A stretch of DNA of 64,000 bases from an uncultured Eubacteriales bacterium (GTDB taxonomy: Bacteria; Acidobacteriota; Aminicenantia; Aminicenantales; Aminicenantaceae). The translations under genes were made by a program, and so were the position numbers. The stretch covers positions 1,833-65,832 of the forward strand of contig CAYTBG010000002.1 in the NCBI GenBank assembly GCA_964435925.1, read 5' to 3'. The notes under the pieces were generated by a model that did not search any database, had not been told where the DNA came from, and saw nothing but the letters and a program-made list of their open reading frames with translations. How positions within the stretch are numbered: the stretch's first letter is position 1; every line of letters begins with the position of its first letter. Shown here in pieces: positions 19,162 through 29,428 of this stretch.

Positions 19162-20883
19162 TTGGAGGCAACATATATGTGTGGAATTGCTGGAATAATA
19201 AGTAAAAACAACCAAAAAAGAATAGGTAACCTTCTCAAAAGGATGCTCCAAACAATGCAACATCGCGGTCCTGACGGGGCAGGTTTTACGATTGGAGGAG
19301 TTGTTGAACGGAAGAGAAAGTTAAACGACCTGAATTTTGATGGGAAAGAAGGGAACATTGGTTTGGGTCACGTTAGATTAGCTATCACCGGAGGCATGGA
19401 CGGGATGCAGCCGTTCCAGGAAAATAACGGTCGCCTTAGCCTTTTACATAATGGCGAAATATATAATTACCGAAAACTACGTTCAGAACTAAATGGCAAT
19501 TATGAATTTGAAACAGATACTGACAGCGAAGTCATCTTAAAGCTTCTGGAAAAACACTATGAGGGTGATTTATCTACTGCAGTAAAACAGATATTACCTA
19601 AACTTGATGGTGTCTATGCTCTGGCAGTTACCGACAATAAACAGACCGTAATAGCTCGTGACAAAATCGGTGTGCGTCAACTTTATTTTTATGCTGATGA
19701 TGAGTATTTTGCCTTCGCCTCCGAAAAGAAGCCTCTAACATCGATTTGCGGTAATTTCGGAAAAATTCGTCGTCTCCTTCCAGGACACATGATTGCTGTA
19801 GAAACAAACAATGTCCGAGAATTTATATTTTGGACGCCTGAATCAATTTGGTCAATGCGGTACATTAATGATAGGAAAGAAGCACTTAAAGCTTACAATC
19901 AAGCTATAATGGACTCCATTATAAAAAGAACTACTGGCCAAAAACGAGTAGGAGTAATTTTTTCAGGAGGAATTGATAGTTTTCTAATAGCTCATATGCT
20001 TAAGAGTCTAAATATTTCTTTTACCTGTTATACAGCCGGTAGAAATGGAGCATCGGACGTTGAGTGGGCGTGTAATTTAGCAAATAAATACAATCTCTCC
20101 ATAAAAATAAAACAACTTACGTTAGACGAAATAGAAAACCTTATCCCACAAATAATAATGGATATCGAAGACTATAGTTTGAATCAAGTTGAGGTAGCAA
20201 TTCCGATATACGCATCCGTCCGGATGGCTCAGGAGAATGGTGAGAAGGTAATTTTAACTGGTCAGGGAGCTGATGAACTCTTTGGTGGTTATCCCTGGTA
20301 TTCAAAAATTGTTGATCAAGAAGGCTATAAAAGTTTCGAACGATACTCTTGGAACGACACCTTTCTCTTGTATAAGGAATGTTTAGAACGGGAGGACAAA
20401 ATAGCGATGGCACACAATATTGAACTAAGGGTTCCTTATCTGGATCCCGCAGTAATAAAAGCAGCCTTCCAAATTTCCCCCAAATTAAAAATTTTGTGTG
20501 ATAATGATCAACTGGGGAAGAGAATTCATCGTGAATTTTGTGTATCAGTCGGAATACCTGAAAAAATAGCATTTCGTAAAAAAGAAGCGGCTCAGCACGG
20601 CGCTAATATTCATAATGTATTTGAAATATTGGCCAGTAGAACTGGAGTTAATAAAGCCCATTTGGAAAAGGCTGGATACGATCCTAATGAATCTATTATG
20701 GAAAAGCTCGGTAGTTCATCTCGTTACGGATTCCGTTATGGTGATCACCATCTGTGGGAGCCCATGCCTCACATGCAATATTATCTCGACTCCCATGCTA
20801 GTCGTATTAATTTCCTTTCACCAAAATCAAAAAGCCATTGGGAAGAAATAACCTGCAGGCTAGAGGCTAAAAGTATCATTTAA
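19162..20883 (+). CDS. asparagine synthetase-like glutamine-hydrolysing amidotransferase (AsnB/AsnO family)
   Basis: N-terminal nucleophile MCGIAG (class II GATase). PP-loop SGGIDS in VGVIFSGGIDSFLIAH. 573 aa. Confidence 0.8.
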   Translation: MEATYMCGIAGIISKNNQKRIGNLLKRMLQTMQHRGPDGAGFTIGGVVERKRKLNDLNFDGKEGNIGLGHVRLAITGGMDGMQPFQENNGRLSLLHNGEIYNYRKLRSELNGNYEFETDTDSEVILKLLEKHYEGDLSTAVKQILPKLDGVYALAVTDNKQTVIARDKIGVRQLYFYADDEYFAFASEKKPLTSICGNFGKIRRLLPGHMIAVETNNVREFIFWTPESIWSMRYINDRKEALKAYNQAIMDSIIKRTTGQKRVGVIFSGGIDSFLIAHMLKSLNISFTCYTAGRNGASDVEWACNLANKYNLSIKIKQLTLDEIENLIPQIIMDIEDYSLNQVEVAIPIYASVRMAQENGEKVILTGQGADELFGGYPWYSKIVDQEGYKSFERYSWNDTFLLYKECLEREDKIAMAHNIELRVPYLDPAVIKAAFQISPKLKILCDNDQLGKRIHREFCVSVGIPEKIAFRKKEAAQHGANIHNVFEILASRTGVNKAHLEKAGYDPNESIMEKLGSSSRYGFRYGDHHLWEPMPHMQYYLDSHASRINFLSPKSKSHWEEITCRLEAKSII

Positions 20884-20897
20884 AGGAGGCGTATACG

Positions 20898-22097
20898 ATG
20901 AAAATAGAAATCCCTAGAGAAATAGATCGATTTGGAGCGATTCGCTTTTATGGTTTACAAAAGGTATTCGAACTGGACTCAGGCCTAAAAGAAGATAATC
21001 CCCTAAATCAGATCGCAACTATCCAGCAAATCCCTTACGAGGCGTTTTATGAGATTCAAAAAGAGATGGCTATTATAGTCCCAATACGTAATGAGCGCCT
21101 TAGGCTGATTGAGGGTGTTTTATGTGGTATTCCTCATAAATGCCTTATTATTATGGTATCAAATAGCCCCCGAGGACCCATTGACCGCTTTAAGATAGAA
21201 CAAGAAGCGCTGGAAAATTTCTGCATTTTTGTCAACAAAAAAGCTATTATAACCCACCAAAAGGATCCACACTTAGCCAAGGCCTTTGAAAAAGCCAATT
21301 ATACAAATATCTTAAACAAAAATGGAGAGGTCCGAGACGGTAAGGCAGAAGGCATGATTATTGGAACTATACTTGCCTGGCTTGCCGAAAAAAAGTACGT
21401 TGGATTTGTTGATGCTGACAATTACTTCCCCGGTGCGGTGGAAGAGTATATTCGCGAATATGCAGCTGCCTTTTCTATGAATAACCCCCCTTATTCGATG
21501 GTACGAATTGCCTGGCAAAGCAAGCCCAAGATTGTTGAAAAAAAGCTTTTTTTTCGGAAATGGGGCAGAACTTCAGAGAATACCAATCGTCTATTAAATA
21601 AAATGCTAAGTCATTATTACGGATTTGAAAGTGAGTTAATTAGAACCGGAAATGCTGGAGAACACGCAATGACAATAGAATTGGCAAAACTTTTGGACTA
21701 TTCAGCCGGTTTCTCAGTGGAGCCTTACCACATCATCAATCTTGTTGAGAAATTTGGCGGCATTAAAGAAAGCCCATTCCCAGAAGTGATGAAAAAGGGT
21801 GTCGAAGTTTTCCAGATAGAGTCCCGAAATCCGCACCTTCATGAGGCGGGCGAAACAGAACACGTTGATAAGATGAGCTATGTAGCAATGCAGGTGATAT
21901 ATCACTCGTCTATCTGTCCCGATAAATTCAAAAGGGAAGTCTATAATGATATGATCAGGCGAAAATTTTTATCGAAAAGCAACAAACCACCTCGTCCGGT
22001 TAAATTTCCTGCATTGAACACAATTGATAAAAATAGTTTCTTTGAAAATATTAAATCAGCACCTTATGCCAAAGTTATTAAGGAAGTAAAATTCTGA
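20898..22097 (+). CDS. mpgS: mannosyl-3-phosphoglycerate synthase (GT55)
   Basis: Motifs recalled from Pyrococcus MpgS: GAIRFYGLQKV, IVPIRNERL.L.EGVL.GIPHKC.IIMVSNS, HQKDP.LAKAF, GK.EGM, GFVDADNYFPGAVEEY..EYAA.F, MVRI.W..KPK, F.KWGR.SE.TN, GNAGEHAMT, EPY.II.L, FQIESRNPHLHE. Confidence 0.65.
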   Translation: MKIEIPREIDRFGAIRFYGLQKVFELDSGLKEDNPLNQIATIQQIPYEAFYEIQKEMAIIVPIRNERLRLIEGVLCGIPHKCLIIMVSNSPRGPIDRFKIEQEALENFCIFVNKKAIITHQKDPHLAKAFEKANYTNILNKNGEVRDGKAEGMIIGTILAWLAEKKYVGFVDADNYFPGAVEEYIREYAAAFSMNNPPYSMVRIAWQSKPKIVEKKLFFRKWGRTSENTNRLLNKMLSHYYGFESELIRTGNAGEHAMTIELAKLLDYSAGFSVEPYHIINLVEKFGGIKESPFPEVMKKGVEVFQIESRNPHLHEAGETEHVDKMSYVAMQVIYHSSICPDKFKREVYNDMIRRKFLSKSNKPPRPVKFPALNTIDKNSFFENIKSAPYAKVIKEVKF

Positions 22098-22183
22098 AGG
22101 AGATATGATTTTTTACTAAAGAAAGAGGAAGCTTATGCCATCATTTTTCTTGATTAATAAACAAGATCTTCAAATAAAAACGT

Positions 22184-22369
22184 ATGCATAATATCTACCA
22201 AAAGACAGGAGTCGTGATAGCGGTAGCATGGGCAGTGTGGGGATTCTCGCTAATGAAACGAAATTGGAAAGATAATAAACTCAGAGTCATTGAAATAGAA
22301 CTATATATAATATACACGCTAGCCATAATATTTGCTGGAATCGTATGCTCGGTATTCGGAGTTATATAA
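22184..22369 (+). CDS. possible small membrane protein (2 TM)
   Basis: Hydrophobic ORF only. Confidence 0.25.
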   Translation: MHNIYQKTGVVIAVAWAVWGFSLMKRNWKDNKLRVIEIELYIIYTLAIIFAGIVCSVFGVI

Positions 22370-22502
22370 ATGAGTAAAACGACGGTGTGGCTGAATAATC
22401 CTACTCATGGGATAAGGCACAAACCTCTAGGTGGACGGCCAAGTGACATAGACCCATGAATGTTTGGTCGAGTACCCCATAAACCTTAAAGAAAGAACAA
22501 AA

Positions 22503-22961
22503 ATGATTATGTTTAAGAAAATTCTTTGGCCAACCGATTTTAGTGAGCCATCCTATGAGGCGTTTAAAACAGCGAAAGAATTAGCCTTGTATTTCTCTTC
22601 TGAGCTATATCTCGTTCATGTTATCACACCCATGCCCCCTCTTGTGGAAATTCCGCGAGATCGGCCAAGCTTTAATGTTTCGTTGTACAGGAAAGAGCTC
22701 CAATCTTCCGCAGAAAAATCGCTTCAGGGAGTGATTGATAAAAAGGTTGGAAAAAGATTAAAAGTTCATGCTTTTGTTGCCAATGGAGATGCAGCTGTTG
22801 AAATCAATCGCATTGCCAAAAGGGAACGTGTTGAGCTTGTTGTTATTGCAACTCAAGGTACTGGCCGGCGACATTTCTTTTTAGGATCGGTTGCTGAGAA
22901 CGTGGTGCGGTTTTCCTCGACTCCCGTACTTACTATTAGAGCTACTCATAAAGAGGAATAA
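22503..22961 (+). CDS. universal stress protein (UspA family); copy 2
   Basis: The ATG giving MIMFKKILWPTDFSE aligns with copy 1's start and shares the upstream aagaacaaaaATG. The ORF-track start at 22464 is probably too early. Confidence 0.8.
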   Translation: MIMFKKILWPTDFSEPSYEAFKTAKELALYFSSELYLVHVITPMPPLVEIPRDRPSFNVSLYRKELQSSAEKSLQGVIDKKVGKRLKVHAFVANGDAAVEINRIAKRERVELVVIATQGTGRRHFFLGSVAENVVRFSSTPVLTIRATHKEE

Positions 22962-23132
22962 TTAGTTTAGAGATTGATTCATGAATTATGAGGGAGGATC
23001 AGCATAATTTTAGATAATGCATTTTACATGGGAGTCGGGTGCATCTTAGGCTGCGATATTTTGCTTTCGGCTCCCTAAAGAACGAGGAAGAATTTATTAA
23101 TGGAAATTGAAATATAAGGAGATTTTAAAAGG

Positions 23133-23567
23133 ATGAAACGGAACTTTACACCAACACAGGTGACAGAGGGTAAGATAGATTATAGCCTTAAAGAGTTTTT
23201 AAGAGACTTATGGGAAGAAGTAAAATCTAATATACCCAAAGGGGTCCTTAATCATCTACCCGAAGGGAAAGAGAAAGACAGAAAGTATAACAAAATAATA
23301 AGAGAAGTCTTCAATGTTGTATATGAGGTCTGTTACTTGGCTGTGGTTGAGAAATCCTACTTGAAATTAGTGCTTAAACAATCTAACGAAGTGGAAAGAA
23401 AGCTTATAAAAAAGACAATTAAGGAGAATAAGAGCAATATTGATATGCTGTATGCTATCTTGAGGATGCATATAGCAAGAGGACTCAAGGAGGGATTGAC
23501 GAAGAAACAAGCTGTAAAAGCAACAGTTGAATATAGTAAGGAGTTAATTTCTAAATGGAAAAGATAG
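23133..23567 (+). CDS. hypothetical protein (144 aa); copy 2 of 8249..8683
   Basis: Same length; high identity to copy 1. Confidence 0.6.
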   Translation: MKRNFTPTQVTEGKIDYSLKEFLRDLWEEVKSNIPKGVLNHLPEGKEKDRKYNKIIREVFNVVYEVCYLAVVEKSYLKLVLKQSNEVERKLIKKTIKENKSNIDMLYAILRMHIARGLKEGLTKKQAVKATVEYSKELISKWKR

Positions 23568-23635
23568 AAACATATGTGTAAAAAACGAAACGTGACAGTT
23601 TTAGGGAAGAAGATAATAAAAGATAAAAGTATGTC

Positions 23636-25243
23636 ATGAATAAAGAAATGGACAGAATTCATCAGCTCATTTCTAAAGGAAAAAAGCAAGGGTATATTCT
23701 TTTTGAAGAAATAGACAAAACATTTAAGGATAACGTAGACGATGGAAAAGACTTTGATGAATTTCTCAACTCTATTGATGGCTATGGGATCAAAATCTAC
23801 TATAAACGAAATATGTTTAGTCCAAAAAGAAAAAAAAGTAAGTTCGTTAGACTTGAAAGTCTAGAGCGAACAACAGATCCAGTAAAACTCTATCTAAGAG
23901 AAATGGGCACTATCTCGCTCCTTACTCGCCAGGAAGAAATAGCTATAGCAAAGCAAATCGAAAAAAGCAAGATGAATATTATCAGAGCTCTTTTTGACAC
24001 CCGGCTTATCCTCGATGAAGTTTTCTCTCTGGAAGAGAAGATAAAGGAAGGTTTTGAAGTCATCCATGGAATGTTCGATTTCAGCGAAGATGATATTACA
24101 GAGAGAAAGCTTGAAGAAAAAAAGGAACACATTCTGGCCAAAATCAGGAAGATCAGAGATCTGAGTTCTCGGTTAGAGAGTATCCCTTTAACAAAGAAAT
24201 ATTCTTTTACCCGCGGGCGGCTTATGGTCAAAATGAACCGCCTCATCAGGGAACTCATTATTCGACGAGCCCAATGGGAAAAAATCATTGACAATCTGCA
24301 GGAAAAATTAAAAGTCATCAACGAATTAGAAGATATCAAGAAAGATCTAAATTTAGCGCTAAAACAGGCCCGAGGCAAAAAGAAAAAGACTGAGCTGAAA
24401 CGCAAAGTACAAGAAACCAACAAGCTCTTGAGGAAACACCAGAAAGAAATCGGCCTTAATTCTCAAGGTTTAAGAAAAATTCTGAGAGTTATCGCTACGG
24501 CAAAAAAGATCAGCGATCAAGCGAAAAAAGAGCTCATAGCATCCAACCTAAGACTTGTAATTTCCATAGCTAAGAAATACAGCCACCGCGGAGTCCCGTT
24601 TTCTGATTTAATCCAGGAAGGAAACATAGGTCTGATGAGAGCTGTGGATAAATTTGAATATCGACAAGGGTATAAATTTTCAACTTATGCCACCTGGTGG
24701 ATTAGACAAGCTATAATGCGATCCATAGCTGACAAATCACGGATAATAAGAATCCCTGTGCATATGGTAGAAACTATAAACAAACTGACAAGGATATCGA
24801 GAACTCTTGTCCAGGAAAAAGGTAGAGAACCAACTTGCAAAGAGATATCCAGTAAAATGGGAATACCCGTCAGCAAAGTAAGAAAGATCATAAAATTCGC
24901 CCAGGAACCCATCTCTCTTGAAACCCCCATCGGAGAAGAAGAAGACAGTCGACTGTGTGATTTCATCAAAGATGAGGATATCCCTTCGCCTGCCGATACA
25001 GTCATTCGTATCAATATGATAGAGCAAATTGAAGATGTGCTAAAAACTATCCCAGAGAAAGAGGCAAAAGTTCTAAAGATGCGATTTGGATTAGGTGATG
25101 GCAATGAGCATACCCTGGAACAAATCGGGGATCAATTCAAAGTTACTCGTGAGAGAATCAGGCAGATCGAAACAAAAGCCTTAAGAAAATTAAAGCATCC
25201 TAACCGAAGCGAAAAATTAGAGTCATTTGCAGATTACTATTGA
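23636..25243 (+). CDS. rpoD: RNA polymerase primary sigma factor (sigma-70)
   Basis: Region 2 [37 protein letters not shown], region 4 [19 protein letters not shown], and a long non-conserved 1.1/1.2 region. Confidence 0.9.
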   Translation: MNKEMDRIHQLISKGKKQGYILFEEIDKTFKDNVDDGKDFDEFLNSIDGYGIKIYYKRNMFSPKRKKSKFVRLESLERTTDPVKLYLREMGTISLLTRQEEIAIAKQIEKSKMNIIRALFDTRLILDEVFSLEEKIKEGFEVIHGMFDFSEDDITERKLEEKKEHILAKIRKIRDLSSRLESIPLTKKYSFTRGRLMVKMNRLIRELIIRRAQWEKIIDNLQEKLKVINELEDIKKDLNLALKQARGKKKKTELKRKVQETNKLLRKHQKEIGLNSQGLRKILRVIATAKKISDQAKKELIASNLRLVISIAKKYSHRGVPFSDLIQEGNIGLMRAVDKFEYRQGYKFSTYATWWIRQAIMRSIADKSRIIRIPVHMVETINKLTRISRTLVQEKGREPTCKEISSKMGIPVSKVRKIIKFAQEPISLETPIGEEEDSRLCDFIKDEDIPSPADTVIRINMIEQIEDVLKTIPEKEAKVLKMRFGLGDGNEHTLEQIGDQFKVTRERIRQIETKALRKLKHPNRSEKLESFADYY

Positions 25244-25424
25244 AAAAAAAGGATGTTTTTAAAATTTAAAATATCAAGCATTGTCTTCTGTATTTTTACT
25301 TTTAGCTTGCTCCATCGTTTGACTTAGCTACTTTCCTTTTTTATAAGTTCTGAAAGGAAAATGAGATGGAATAATGTAAAAATGGAAATATTTATTACTT
25401 GTCAAGAAAATAAATATATATCTC

Positions 25425-27137
25425 TTGCACATAGTTACAGTGAAAAAAAATAAGCATAAATATCCGAATATCATTCTGATTGTCATCGATGCTCTTCGTG
25501 CAAGAAATTTAGGTTGCTACGGAGGAGGTGAAGAATCGAGTCCAAACATTGATGAAATTGCGGATAAAGGTATTCTCTTTGAAAATGTCTATTGCAGCTG
25601 GAATACGACAGATCAAAGTTTAACTACTATTCTTTCGGGAAGACATCCAAGAACCCATGGGATTGTCCACCATGGTGATAAGATAAAACCTGAAGATCTA
25701 AACGCATTTGAGACCTTAAATGTAAGATTGCTATCTCAGATTTTGCAGGGGAACGGATATGAAACCCTCGCAGTTGATTGGATGGCTAGATGGTTTAAAA
25801 GAGGATTTGATTATTATGGTTATAACCCAGAAAGAAATTTTTTAAGAAAGCTCGTTTATTATATTATTACCCTTCCCTATGTCCATTTAAAATATATGGC
25901 TGCCCATCTTGGATTACTAAGAATTTACTCAAAAAAGAGAAGATTTTCCGCCGCTTCTTTGTGGAAAGGATTCAAAGACGTATTTCGAACATTTCTATTT
26001 ACTTTTGAGCTGGCAAGAATTCAGGATGCGTGTTTTGTTAAAGGGCTTGCTGAGAAATTGATTAAAAAGTCAAGAAAAGAAAACTTTTTTCTTTTTCTCC
26101 ATTATTGGGACACACACACCCCGTACAGCTGTCCCAGGAATTTTTTAGAAAAGAAAAAAGGCCACATGACTTCCAAAGAGTTATTATTAGCGAAATACAA
26201 AGGAGCGGTAAGATATGTTGACCAGCAAATCGGCAGATTATTCGATTCGTTAAGAGAAGAAAGACTTCTGGAAGATACGCTGATTATTATTACTTCAGAT
26301 CATGGGGAGAGTTTAACGGAACACGATATTTTTTTTGATCATCATGGTCTTTACGATGTGACAACACATGTCCCTTTGATCCTTTATTATCCTAAAGCCT
26401 TTTCTGAACCAAAAAAAGTGAAAGGCTTAGTTCAGCACATAGATTTGGCACCGACTATATATGAGTTATTAAATATCAAATACAAAGACTATGAGTTAGA
26501 TGGAGCTAGTTTGATGCCTTTGATTCGGGGAGAGAAAAGGGAAATACGTCACTTCGTATTCAATGAGGAATCATATGTGCAGAGAAAGATTGGTTTTAGA
26601 ACAAAAAAATTTAAGTATATTTTTAGCCCTGATGGTGTTGGTATGTGCAATTATTGCCAGCAGGTACACGGGGGCGAAGAGGAGTTATATAATCTAGAGG
26701 TTGATCCCGAAGAGAAGGTTAATATCGCTGTTGAAAGCAAAATTGTAGCTGATGAAATGAAAAAAGGACTTAATGATTTAATAAGAAGTTTAAACAGCAA
26801 AAAACAAAAGGAGTTTATCAGCGGAAGCATTTTCAGATTAAGAGAAAGAGGGAGATTAGATGATGATTATTTGGTCAAGGGGGAATTTTCAGATATGAAA
26901 AATGAAAAAAATGAAAGACAGTCAACTAGGAAAGAAAAAGTTACCTTAGAATTTCCCGAGGAAATAATGAAGGAGATTAAAAGGAGAATCGAGGATACCG
27001 AATTCCAATCCAGCGAAGAATATTTATCTTGTATAATCCATGAAGTCCTGAAAGGAAGTTCTTCAAGGATTGCACAAAATTCTAAAGAAGAGAAAAAAAT
27101 AAAGAAGAAGCTACGCAGCTTGGGTTATATGGATTAA
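25425..27137 (+). CDS. sulfatase-like hydrolase/transferase (alkaline-phosphatase superfamily), non-formylglycine type
   Basis: ILIVIDALR metal-binding start and SDHGE motifs. At the position of the sulfatase C-x-P-S-R motif this protein has T-D-Q-S-L. A Thr nucleophile there points to a phosphotransferase or phosphatase rather than a true sulfatase. Confidence 0.55.
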   Translation: MHIVTVKKNKHKYPNIILIVIDALRARNLGCYGGGEESSPNIDEIADKGILFENVYCSWNTTDQSLTTILSGRHPRTHGIVHHGDKIKPEDLNAFETLNVRLLSQILQGNGYETLAVDWMARWFKRGFDYYGYNPERNFLRKLVYYIITLPYVHLKYMAAHLGLLRIYSKKRRFSAASLWKGFKDVFRTFLFTFELARIQDACFVKGLAEKLIKKSRKENFFLFLHYWDTHTPYSCPRNFLEKKKGHMTSKELLLAKYKGAVRYVDQQIGRLFDSLREERLLEDTLIIITSDHGESLTEHDIFFDHHGLYDVTTHVPLILYYPKAFSEPKKVKGLVQHIDLAPTIYELLNIKYKDYELDGASLMPLIRGEKREIRHFVFNEESYVQRKIGFRTKKFKYIFSPDGVGMCNYCQQVHGGEEELYNLEVDPEEKVNIAVESKIVADEMKKGLNDLIRSLNSKKQKEFISGSIFRLRERGRLDDDYLVKGEFSDMKNEKNERQSTRKEKVTLEFPEEIMKEIKRRIEDTEFQSSEEYLSCIIHEVLKGSSSRIAQNSKEEKKIKKKLRSLGYMD

Positions 27138-27209
27138 CTTCATTTTTCATATTTTGGATTCGTGGCATATCTTAGATTCGTTGAGTTTTAAAGCTAAAAA
27201 TATTTTTCC

Positions 27210-27854
27210 GTGATTCAAATGAAAAAACAAGCGACTATCATAGTCGGGATTGCACTTCTGGGAATTGAAATTGCTTTTTTTATTTTTTGGCTATTCGTGG
27301 ACTCTTCTTTTGCCACAAAAATTTTGTCAATGGTGGCAGCTAATCACCTGGGGGGGAGACTTGCTTTTATCGCGGTCGGGCTTGAAAACGGGCTTTCTTC
27401 TTATCTCATCATTCCTATCATAGTTTTTTACAACACAACTTATCTTTTACTGATGTATTCAATTTTTGTTTTTTTCTATGAACGAGTTAAAAAATTAAAA
27501 TTTATAAGAAATTATATTGAGTCTATACAGAATAAGGCTAAAAATAAAAAGCGACTGTTTAAAAAATGGAATTGGTTCGGCCTTTCTCTTTTTGTATGGA
27601 TACCTTTGCCCTGGACAGGAGCAGTAATAGGTTCCTATATCGCCCATTTGGAGGGCTACGATATCAGAGAAACGTTTTTAATCGTTATCCCTTCGATGTG
27701 GGTTGGGATCATCTCCTGGACATTATGGTTTGATGAGCTTTATGAATTTATTGAACAATTTGGAAAAGGTAGGACAATTTTATTAACTATTTTCCTCCTT
27801 TTTCTACCCATTATTTATTATGTATTAAGAGGCTTCAGAAAAAATAAACGATAA
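27210..27854 (+). CDS. integral membrane protein (4-5 TM), unknown function
   Basis: Hydrophobicity pattern. Confidence 0.4.
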   Translation: MIQMKKQATIIVGIALLGIEIAFFIFWLFVDSSFATKILSMVAANHLGGRLAFIAVGLENGLSSYLIIPIIVFYNTTYLLLMYSIFVFFYERVKKLKFIRNYIESIQNKAKNKKRLFKKWNWFGLSLFVWIPLPWTGAVIGSYIAHLEGYDIRETFLIVIPSMWVGIISWTLWFDELYEFIEQFGKGRTILLTIFLLFLPIIYYVLRGFRKNKR

Positions 27855-27877
27855 ATTTCTTGGATAAGCTAAAGCTC

Positions 27878-29149
27878 TTAAGATAAATAATTTTGGACGT
27901 AGTCAATAACTTGTTCAGGTTCCAGCCCATCAAAACACCTCACTTCCGGGCACTTTTTAAATATCTTATCGATACATGTAAGATTTTTACAGGCTGGAAA
28001 CGCTTCAAAGGTTTTTGAGGGGGCTGCTTGCGATGCTGATAAATATTCATCGGAAAAAGAATCATAGCCATAGATTTTTGCACTTGTTGCTCCAAATATT
28101 CCAATTACGGCAGTAGAGTTTCTAAAATGGTTATCAGAATTCACAATGATTTTTTTTGCCGCAGCAATATGCAAGGGCCCTGTATCTCCAGTAATAAACA
28201 TATCAGAATTATCGATTAAGGCAGCATAGACATCGATTGGAATATCCCTGGGTATGACAACAATTTTTTTCCTAAGAGATGAGGGAATTTCATTGAGGAG
28301 TTTTTTTTCAATGCCTTTAAAAATAAATCCACAATTCATAAGAAGGGTTAACTTTTTGTGTGGTAAAATTCCTTTTAATAGTTCTAATTGAAATTTAAGT
28401 GGAATTAATGTGTAAGGGGAAGCAGTATCGGGGTTAAACAGAATCTTTTTCGCATGCGGATTTATGTTTAATTTGTCCATTGCTTTTGTTGTTTTATTGC
28501 AAAGCTGTTGAGTTGTGAAAAGATGATTTTCGGAAAATTTTATCTTTGGTTTATTTTTAGGTTTAATATCAGAAGGAAATTCCTCTATCAATTCTTTGGC
28601 GAATTTATTCATTTGAAAAGCAATCTGAGCTTTGCGGTTATCTGAAGTGTAATCGCGAATAATATTAGCTATAAATCTTACTGGATTGATAACAGATGAA
28701 TTGGCAGATTTAAAATTGTTAGCGGGGAAATAGGGGCAAAAATTAAAGATTAAATCGAAATCACATCTTTCAATTAAATTTTTCAAAATTTTACAATCTC
28801 TTTTAGAAGGATAGCCGAGATTTCTAAACAACGGAAAATGTCTATCGATATCAGGATTTGCTTTAATTAGAGGGTAAGCTTTGCGTTGATAGACATAGCT
28901 AATTTCCATGTCTGGAAAAAAAGATTTTAATGGAGATATGAATGACTGGGTAATAATTGCATCGCCAATATTGATATCAGGAATAATTAATATTCTTTTC
29001 GGCTTGTCTATTTTATTAAGATGTTTAGTTTCTAATCTCTTTAAAAAATTATTGATTTTTTTACTTGAGGACAGAGCTTTAGCTATTCTATCTAAGAATG
29101 GGGCTGGAATCTTAGATGTTAACCTCGCTAGATGCTCTATGGGAATCAT
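27878..29149 (-). CDS. glycosyltransferase family 9 (LPS heptosyltransferase-like)
   Basis: ITGDTGPLHIAAA motif (compare the GT9 xGxDSGPMHLAAA) near the C-terminal domain. Confidence 0.6.
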   Translation of the reverse strand: MIPIEHLARLTSKIPAPFLDRIAKALSSSKKINNFLKRLETKHLNKIDKPKRILIIPDINIGDAIITQSFISPLKSFFPDMEISYVYQRKAYPLIKANPDIDRHFPLFRNLGYPSKRDCKILKNLIERCDFDLIFNFCPYFPANNFKSANSSVINPVRFIANIIRDYTSDNRKAQIAFQMNKFAKELIEEFPSDIKPKNKPKIKFSENHLFTTQQLCNKTTKAMDKLNINPHAKKILFNPDTASPYTLIPLKFQLELLKGILPHKKLTLLMNCGFIFKGIEKKLLNEIPSSLRKKIVVIPRDIPIDVYAALIDNSDMFITGDTGPLHIAAAKKIIVNSDNHFRNSTAVIGIFGATSAKIYGYDSFSDEYLSASQAAPSKTFEAFPACKNLTCIDKIFKKCPEVRCFDGLEPEQVIDYVQNYLS

Positions 29150-29428
29150 GAAAGATACTTTTTATAAATGTTTTTAATTTATTATCTTCTATAATTTGCA
29201 TATCATATCTGATGTTTGAATTCAAGTTTGTCACCGCCACCTCATTGATAAGTATAAACAGATGAGGCTGTAAGGAAAAAAAGAAGAGAATAGAGGATAG
29301 TGGGGTCAGCCCTTAGCAAAATGAAGGTTGAAAAATCAGAGGTTGATGTGTTTTTCTCTCCAATAGCAAGGTCTGACCCCGACTACGTATATAAAGGAGG
29401 TTAAGGAGAAGGAGGTTTAATTCTTCTT

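Larger units (their letters stand above)
22490..23575 (+). repeat. segmental duplication unit B2
   Basis: See unit B1. Confidence 0.75.

Noticed and set aside
19162-20883. Considered calling the amidotransferase plain asparagine synthetase B (asnB)
   Set aside because: The family assignment is solid, but its placement between a Ddl-like ligase and mpgS, as in AsnO of the NAGGN pathway, makes a housekeeping role uncertain. Gene symbol left empty.
22464-22502. ORF-track start of uspA copy 2 at 22464
   Set aside because: The paralog and the conserved upstream sequence support the ATG at 22503.
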